64,000 nt of DNA from a virus. A program made the translations under genes and the position numbers. Location of the stretch: the IMG/VR virus record IMGVR_UViG_3300025699_000004. One strand, given 5' to 3'. Under the pieces are notes generated by a model. The model was not told the origin of the DNA, made no database searches, and saw only the letters and a list, made by a program, of their open reading frames with translations. This document shows, piece after piece, positions 59,431 to 64,000 of this stretch. Position 1 is the first letter of the stretch. The number at the start of each line of letters is the position of its first letter.

Positions 59431-60045
59431 TTAAAAATTATAATTAAATCTCTTAATGTCTTCTTTGTATAATTTAGCTACTTCCTGCTGCGATTCTTTA
59501 TTGTAACAATCTTTGTAATTTATTTTTGGAGCTTTATGATTGTATTTCTTATGGTCAAACGGATTTTTTCTCTCCAAAGGTATATTCTTACCTATTTTTT
59601 GACAAATCGTTTCCCAGCTGCCCTTGAGATCCTCAAATCTTCCTATAAAATCTAAAGGTTCATCTAAAATATTTAAATATATCGAGTTTTTAATTGGATT
59701 GTCTTTTGAGGTGCTTATCGATCTATGATCAAATTCAAATCCATACCTATTAATTCTTTTTTTAAATCCACTTAAGTCAATTTTCCCATCTTCAATTTTT
59801 ACTTTGTAAAAATTAGGGAATCTAGCTAAAGATTTTGTCCTATCCCAGGGATTTCTAATTATAGTGAATTTAAAATAATCATCCCAATATTTTGAGTAAG
59901 CCTTTTTCGCGTCGCTTGCAAATATATGCTTTGTTTTTTTATCAATCAACCACCAGTCTTTTTTTACAAGACTTAGCTCTATACTGCTTCCTGCGCAACC
60001 AGGAATATGTATAAATATGCATTTATTCTTATGATCAATCATCAT
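59431..60045 (-). CDS. Sulfotransferase, copy 2 (start moved to MMIDHK)
   Basis: FIHIPGCAGSSI, RNPWDR, FIGRFE; GTGTAT just upstream. Confidence 0.85.
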   Translation of the reverse strand: MMIDHKNKCIFIHIPGCAGSSIELSLVKKDWWLIDKKTKHIFASDAKKAYSKYWDDYFKFTIIRNPWDRTKSLARFPNFYKVKIEDGKIDLSGFKKRINRYGFEFDHRSISTSKDNPIKNSIYLNILDEPLDFIGRFEDLKGSWETICQKIGKNIPLERKNPFDHKKYNHKAPKINYKDCYNKESQQEVAKLYKEDIKRFNYNF

Positions 60046-60051
60046 AAGTAT

Positions 60052-60057
60052 ATACAC
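60052..60057 (-). promoter_or_regulatory. GTGTA motif
   Basis: GTGTAT 6-9 nt before sulfotransferase copy 2. Confidence 0.55.
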
Positions 60058-60063
60058 TCTTAA

Positions 60064-60291
60064 TTAAATAACTTTAAATGAAATTTTATGTTTTTGGGAT
60101 TTTGGCGGATTAGAATATATAATGCAATCATTTTCCCAATGTAAATTTACGAAATCTTGCTCAAATAATCCGACATTGTGCATGAAATTGCAAATGCAAT
60201 ATAATCTTATTTCGTCAAAAATGTTCTCACTATTAGTTATTTTAAATTCATTTACGCAAATGTCCTCAAAGAGGACTTCTATTTTTCTCAT
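60064..60291 (-). CDS. Hypothetical protein (75 aa)
   Basis: Fills the gap in the minus-strand operon. Confidence 0.55.
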   Translation of the reverse strand: MRKIEVLFEDICVNEFKITNSENIFDEIRLYCICNFMHNVGLFEQDFVNLHWENDCIIYSNPPKSQKHKISFKVI

Positions 60292-60303
60292 CTTAACTAC
60301 TCT

Positions 60304-60710
60304 TTAAACTTTTAACATTTCATTAAATTCTTTAAGGTCAACTCCCCCTCCATCTGTTAAAGAGGGGTATAGAACTTTGAACCATTCTTTTTTAAATTCC
60401 CGTTTTCTTCCTTTAAGCAATACCTTGCATTCTTTTATTTGACTTGATGTAATGCCGTTTAGAACAAGATCCCAAGCATGCTCTGCTGCAAAATGAAAAT
60501 ATGCATTTTCACCTCTTGTGAGAATCGGTATGCCATTTCTTACTTTGGGTAAAGTCAATGAAGTAGACTTACCTTGATGAAATCCATTTCCAGCATCCCT
60601 CAATACGAATTTTCCGTCTGTCAATCCGACTTCAACTTCGAATTTTATATTTGAGTTATCCTCTCCCAGAAAACTGCCGTTCCATTCGATTTTTTATTCT
60701 CCAAACTCAT
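60304..60710 (-). pseudogene. Hypothetical gene with an apparent 1-nt frameshift in an A6 run (or a 106-aa CDS from TTG 60624)
   Basis: ATG 60710 gives MSLENKK; the frame of the 60304-60624 ORF stays open up to the A6 run (KIEWNGSFLGEDNSNIKFEVEVGLTDGKF); A7 would join them into 135 aa. Confidence 0.5.
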
Positions 60711-60725
60711 GTTTATATTGCAATG

Positions 60726-61364
60726 TTATTCCCCAAATTTATATCCGAAATACTCGATGTCCTTTGCGTATTTTTGGGCAACGATTTGACGAGTTTCGTC
60801 ATCGTAGTATTCGGTATAGTGTTTATGTTTACTTTTGTTATTATGCGGAAGTTGTTGCCGTGGAATTCCAATTTTGTCGCAGACGGTATTAAAGTCTTCT
60901 TGGAGGTTTTCTGTTTTTCCGATGAAATCTAATAAATTATTTTGGTTTTTATCTTCGTAATATCTACTATACCCAAGGTAGCAAGAATTTCTTTTTTTAT
61001 ACTCAGACCGTATGAATGTATTAAAATCAATTAAAGAAAATTCTTTATATTTATTATACTGTTTTGCTGTAAAATCATATTTTGGGGATTCAGTTTTATG
61101 CACCTGCTTACACATGAACTCGTACCAGGATACTATTCTATCCCAGGGATTTCTGACAAATGAGAATTTAAAATACGAATTGAATTTTTTTGTGTCATTT
61201 ACAAATAGTTCCTTTTTAACTTCCGACGCAGTAGTGTGTGGATTTTTTTCGTTAAAATTGCCGTATCTTATATCGGAATACTGATTCAATCTGTTTCTTA
61301 TTGATACCGACCCAGTCTTTTCCATTGCAATATATACAAACTTATTTTTATGTGATATTATCAT
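60726..61364 (-). CDS. Sulfotransferase, copy 3 (212 aa)
   Basis: YIAMEKTGSVSI, FVRNPWDRIVSWY, FIGKTE. Confidence 0.9.
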   Translation of the reverse strand: MIISHKNKFVYIAMEKTGSVSIRNRLNQYSDIRYGNFNEKNPHTTASEVKKELFVNDTKKFNSYFKFSFVRNPWDRIVSWYEFMCKQVHKTESPKYDFTAKQYNKYKEFSLIDFNTFIRSEYKKRNSCYLGYSRYYEDKNQNNLLDFIGKTENLQEDFNTVCDKIGIPRQQLPHNNKSKHKHYTEYYDDETRQIVAQKYAKDIEYFGYKFGE

Positions 61365-61367
61365 TTC

Positions 61368-62096
61368 TTATTCATGTTCGAGGAATTTTTGGATTGGTAG
61401 AGCAAAAAAACCATCGAATTTACTTACGGCTGGAAAGCTCCTAATTTGGTCGTAATGATAATCTCCGTGCAAGATAAGGTCTAGCAGACCATCCTCGCAG
61501 TTTTCATCTCCTTTGAAAGCCACATCATAGATAACATTTTCATTTAATACTTTAACAATTTTATTGTATTTGCTCCAAGTAGCGGGACATTCTTTTGCTC
61601 GTTTGATTAGATTTTTTTTTCCTTGACTGTTTTTTGGCAAATTATCAACGAGGTATTGCAAATCTGTTTGAGTATTGAGTGCAATTACATTATTTACTTT
61701 TAACAAACTTCCGAATAATAAACTTGCATAACCTCCCGCACTGCTCCCCATACATAACACTTTATCGTATTTAGCGAATTCTTTTCTCAGAAATGCAATA
61801 GTATGATTAATATTCTTTCCAATTCCATTAAGACTACCAAGATACCATTTACTTTGATTTCTTAAATACAATACATCAAAGTCGTTGCGTTTATATTTTA
61901 GTTCCATTAAACTTCTTTTTCTTTGAAAAAAGTCTTTTTCAGGTGCTCCATTGCTTGAAAAACTTACAATAAGTTTTTTGTTATTATCACCCACTTTAAC
62001 ATACGATATTTCAGTTGCTTCTTGTTTGTTAATATACTGCATCGCATCTTCATAATTGTTCATTTCCACCCTCTTGTATTTTGGTGATGTTATCAT
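61368..62096 (-). CDS. Alpha/beta-hydrolase fold protein (242 aa)
   Basis: GSSAGG nucleophile elbow; DVLYLR...WY. Confidence 0.75.
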   Translation of the reverse strand: MITSPKYKRVEMNNYEDAMQYINKQEATEISYVKVGDNNKKLIVSFSSNGAPEKDFFQRKRSLMELKYKRNDFDVLYLRNQSKWYLGSLNGIGKNINHTIAFLRKEFAKYDKVLCMGSSAGGYASLLFGSLLKVNNVIALNTQTDLQYLVDNLPKNSQGKKNLIKRAKECPATWSKYNKIVKVLNENVIYDVAFKGDENCEDGLLDLILHGDYHYDQIRSFPAVSKFDGFFALPIQKFLEHE

Positions 62097-62097
62097 T

Positions 62098-62242
62098 TTA
62101 AATTTCCTTGATATAATATTTTTTAATATATTCTTCGTCCATAATTTCTGCTTCGTTTATTATGTCCACACATTCCATTTAATTTGTTGTCTAAAAAAGT
62201 AGATCCACTTCTTGGGGTCGATAATAATATTGTTGAATTCAT
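62098..62242 (-). pseudogene. Truncated sulfotransferase remnant (PRSGST-type)
   Basis: 62242-62123 translates as MNSTILLSTPRSGSTFLDNKLNGMCG..., a 5-prime PAPS-binding loop, but only 39 aa; an out-of-frame tail ends at 62098. Confidence 0.65.
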
Positions 62243-62244
62243 AT

Positions 62245-62880
62245 TTACTCTCCAAATTTGTATCCAAAATACTCGATGTCCTTTGCATATTTTTTTGCAA
62301 CAATTTCACGTGTTTCTTCATCGTAGTATTCGGTATAATGCTTGTGTTTTGTTTTGTTTTTGTGTGGAAGTTCTCGTTTTGGAATGCCAACTTTGTCGCA
62401 GACGGTGTTGAAGTCTTCTTGATACGTTTCGAGATTGCCTATAAAACTTAATAATTTTTTGCCATCGGAATTAAATAATTTCATACGAGGGTCGGTGTAT
62501 GGCATTACATGACTCCATTTAAAAAAAGTCCAGTCTGATTCCTTCAAAACATGGTCTCTTATAAAATCAGTAAAATCATTAAATGGAACTTCCCATTTAT
62601 TATTTATCTTCTTACTCGTTACCCAAGGGCATTTCCATGCAGAAACCAATCTCTCAAAGGGATTTCGCACAAAAGAAAAAGAAAATTCTATATCCGATAC
62701 ATCTTCAATATTCGTATAAACATCGGTATCGTGTTCTTCATTAAGTTTATTTGCATTACCATTCACAGTATCAATTAATATATCATTATCACGACACACA
62801 CTTTCCATACTCAATCCACCGCACTTTGGGACATGAATAAAAATAAATTTTCGTTCGTTATCAATCATTTTCGTTTCCAT
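62245..62880 (-). CDS. Sulfotransferase, copy 4 (211 aa)
   Basis: FIHVPKCGGLSM, FVRNPFERLVSAW, FIGNLE. Confidence 0.9.
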   Translation of the reverse strand: METKMIDNERKFIFIHVPKCGGLSMESVCRDNDILIDTVNGNANKLNEEHDTDVYTNIEDVSDIEFSFSFVRNPFERLVSAWKCPWVTSKKINNKWEVPFNDFTDFIRDHVLKESDWTFFKWSHVMPYTDPRMKLFNSDGKKLLSFIGNLETYQEDFNTVCDKVGIPKRELPHKNKTKHKHYTEYYDEETREIVAKKYAKDIEYFGYKFGE

Positions 62881-63932
62881 TTGTTGTTTTTTGTTAAATT
62901 TTTAAAAATGAGCTTTTCAATATGCTCCTCTGAGCTTGGTGTAAATTGAGAGATATATTCCGATGCTCTCATGGAAATATTCTTGCATTCTAGGTCGTTA
63001 TTCCTGCACCATTCTAACTTTTCATCAAAATCGGAAACATCATCTTTTAAAGGGACATAATGAACCCAAGGTTTTAGTTTGAAATGTACTATATTATGCC
63101 ATTTGGGAGTAGGCGCGAGAGTAACGCTATTTGAAAACAATGAAGGTATTAAGCTACTGGGCCAGTCATGCCCCTCTAGGTTCAAAATATATTTATATTC
63201 ACAAATTCGGTAAAACCAATCTATTCTGCTTCCGAATGAATTTTCATTTTCTTTTCTAAAGAATTCATTGTAATATGATAAGTTTTTTAAATTTCTTTTT
63301 AACATTGATTGATATGTAGCGTCTGGAAAATCTATAAATTTTATATTATTTTTACTCGATAGCTTTTCAACAAACCTAATTCTTTGAATATCGTTAGCAT
63401 AACTTTCAATATTTTCGGATTTGAAGAAGTTTTTTCCGTCACGATCTCTTCCTGTCAATGTTCCCCTCCAAACCACTTCGTCAATTTTTTCATTAAACGG
63501 GTAGAGGTCTTTATGCTCAAAATTCGTTAATTGCCCGCTCCATTGCATGTTTTCATCTGGGGTGGCTTCAGTGGAGAGTTGTTTGGTCGTACATGGTAGA
63601 GCAAATAAAATTGAATTATTTTTATTGTATTCTCTATTGTGCGATATGTACGGAATATTTTTCGCATCAAATCCGAATTGAAGTTTTAGCTTTTTAAGTC
63701 TTATGTCTAGTTCTTTTTCCGATAAGTAATCTTCGGAATCTACGATAACTCCTGGATTTTTATCAATTCCGTATTTTATCCATTTTTCAATCCAGTCGAG
63801 ACGTCTTAGGTTATCAGGCATAGGGGTAGTTTTCTCACAATCCCAATCAAATTGGCGGCAAGAGTATTCTTTGTTGTGCCATTTGCCCATTCTGTACTTA
63901 ACCGAATCTTCTATGTAGTTTTTTTCAATCAT
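62865..63932 (-). CDS. GT90/CAP10-like glycosyltransferase (355 aa)
   Basis: VVWRG, YKYILNLEG..W.SSL, LKPWVHYVPL, LEWCR.ND. Confidence 0.88.
   Translation of the reverse strand: MIEKNYIEDSVKYRMGKWHNKEYSCRQFDWDCEKTTPMPDNLRRLDWIEKWIKYGIDKNPGVIVDSEDYLSEKELDIRLKKLKLQFGFDAKNIPYISHNREYNKNNSILFALPCTTKQLSTEATPDENMQWSGQLTNFEHKDLYPFNEKIDEVVWRGTLTGRDRDGKNFFKSENIESYANDIQRIRFVEKLSSKNNIKFIDFPDATYQSMLKRNLKNLSYYNEFFRKENENSFGSRIDWFYRICEYKYILNLEGHDWPSSLIPSLFSNSVTLAPTPKWHNIVHFKLKPWVHYVPLKDDVSDFDEKLEWCRNNDLECKNISMRASEYISQFTPSSEEHIEKLIFKNLTKNNKWKRK
63529..63574 (-). repeat. 46-bp dispersed repeat, copy B (in the GT90 gene)
   Basis: Same orientation and reading frame as copy A; both encode DENMQWSGQ. Confidence 0.95.
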
Positions 63933-64000
63933 ACTATTTTATTCCCATATTCAAATTTAAAATGCTCAATATCTTTTGAGAAGACTTCCGCAACGATTGA
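63929..64000 (-). CDS. C-terminal end of a fifth sulfotransferase (cut by the window edge)
   Basis: SIVAEVFSKDIEHFKFEYGNKIV* matches IVAKKYAKDIEYFGYKFGE; its TGA overlaps the next ATG. Confidence 0.7.
   Translation of the reverse strand, partial: SIVAEVFSKDIEHFKFEYGNKIV

Noticed and set aside
60651-62451. Similar + strand ORFs 60651-60932, 62184-62411 and 62212-62451, and minus ORF 62160-62390
   Set aside because: Antisense or alternative-frame shadows of the conserved sulfotransferase 3-prime ends.
1-64000. Stop-codon reassignment, tRNA genes, introns/inteins, contractile sheath
   Set aside because: Genes tile densely in the standard code, and TAG ends terL normally. No cloverleaf, intein motif or sheath-like gene was recognised by eye.

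Overview
The whole 64 kb window is part of a large AT-rich tailed dsDNA bacteriophage genome (Caudoviricetes), read in the standard code. No sheath gene is visible, so the phage is probably siphovirus-like, and its host is probably Gram-negative. From left to right it holds: (1) a repeat-rich tail fibre and a beta-barrel-like ORF on the + strand; (2) a long minus-strand morphogenesis block with a lambda-type tail tip (J, I, K-like JAB, L, M-like), two tube-like paralogues, a 3924-aa tape measure protein (TMP), tail tube, neck genes, capsid, decoration protein, protease/scaffold, portal and terminase large subunit; (3) an accessory block with AdoMetDC-like, ZnF-ERCC4 nuclease, sigma-like, PhoH, J-domain and lipoprotein genes; (4) a ~14.5 kb island of glycosyltransferases and sulfotransferases. 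Four observations stand out. The TMP carries a ~1390-aa array of eight unrelated modules, each bounded by a G-[HYFV]-[IV]-P-N-[FY] linker (9 copies); one module is a GNAT acetyltransferase, and the array may be an injected cargo platform. A 46-bp near-perfect in-frame patch is shared by two unrelated genes 31.5 kb apart. A GTGTA motif precedes both virion genes and glycan genes, hinting at late-expressed sulfated-glycan synthesis. One lipoprotein has u-spanin topology. All functional calls come from motif recognition by eye; no database searches were run.
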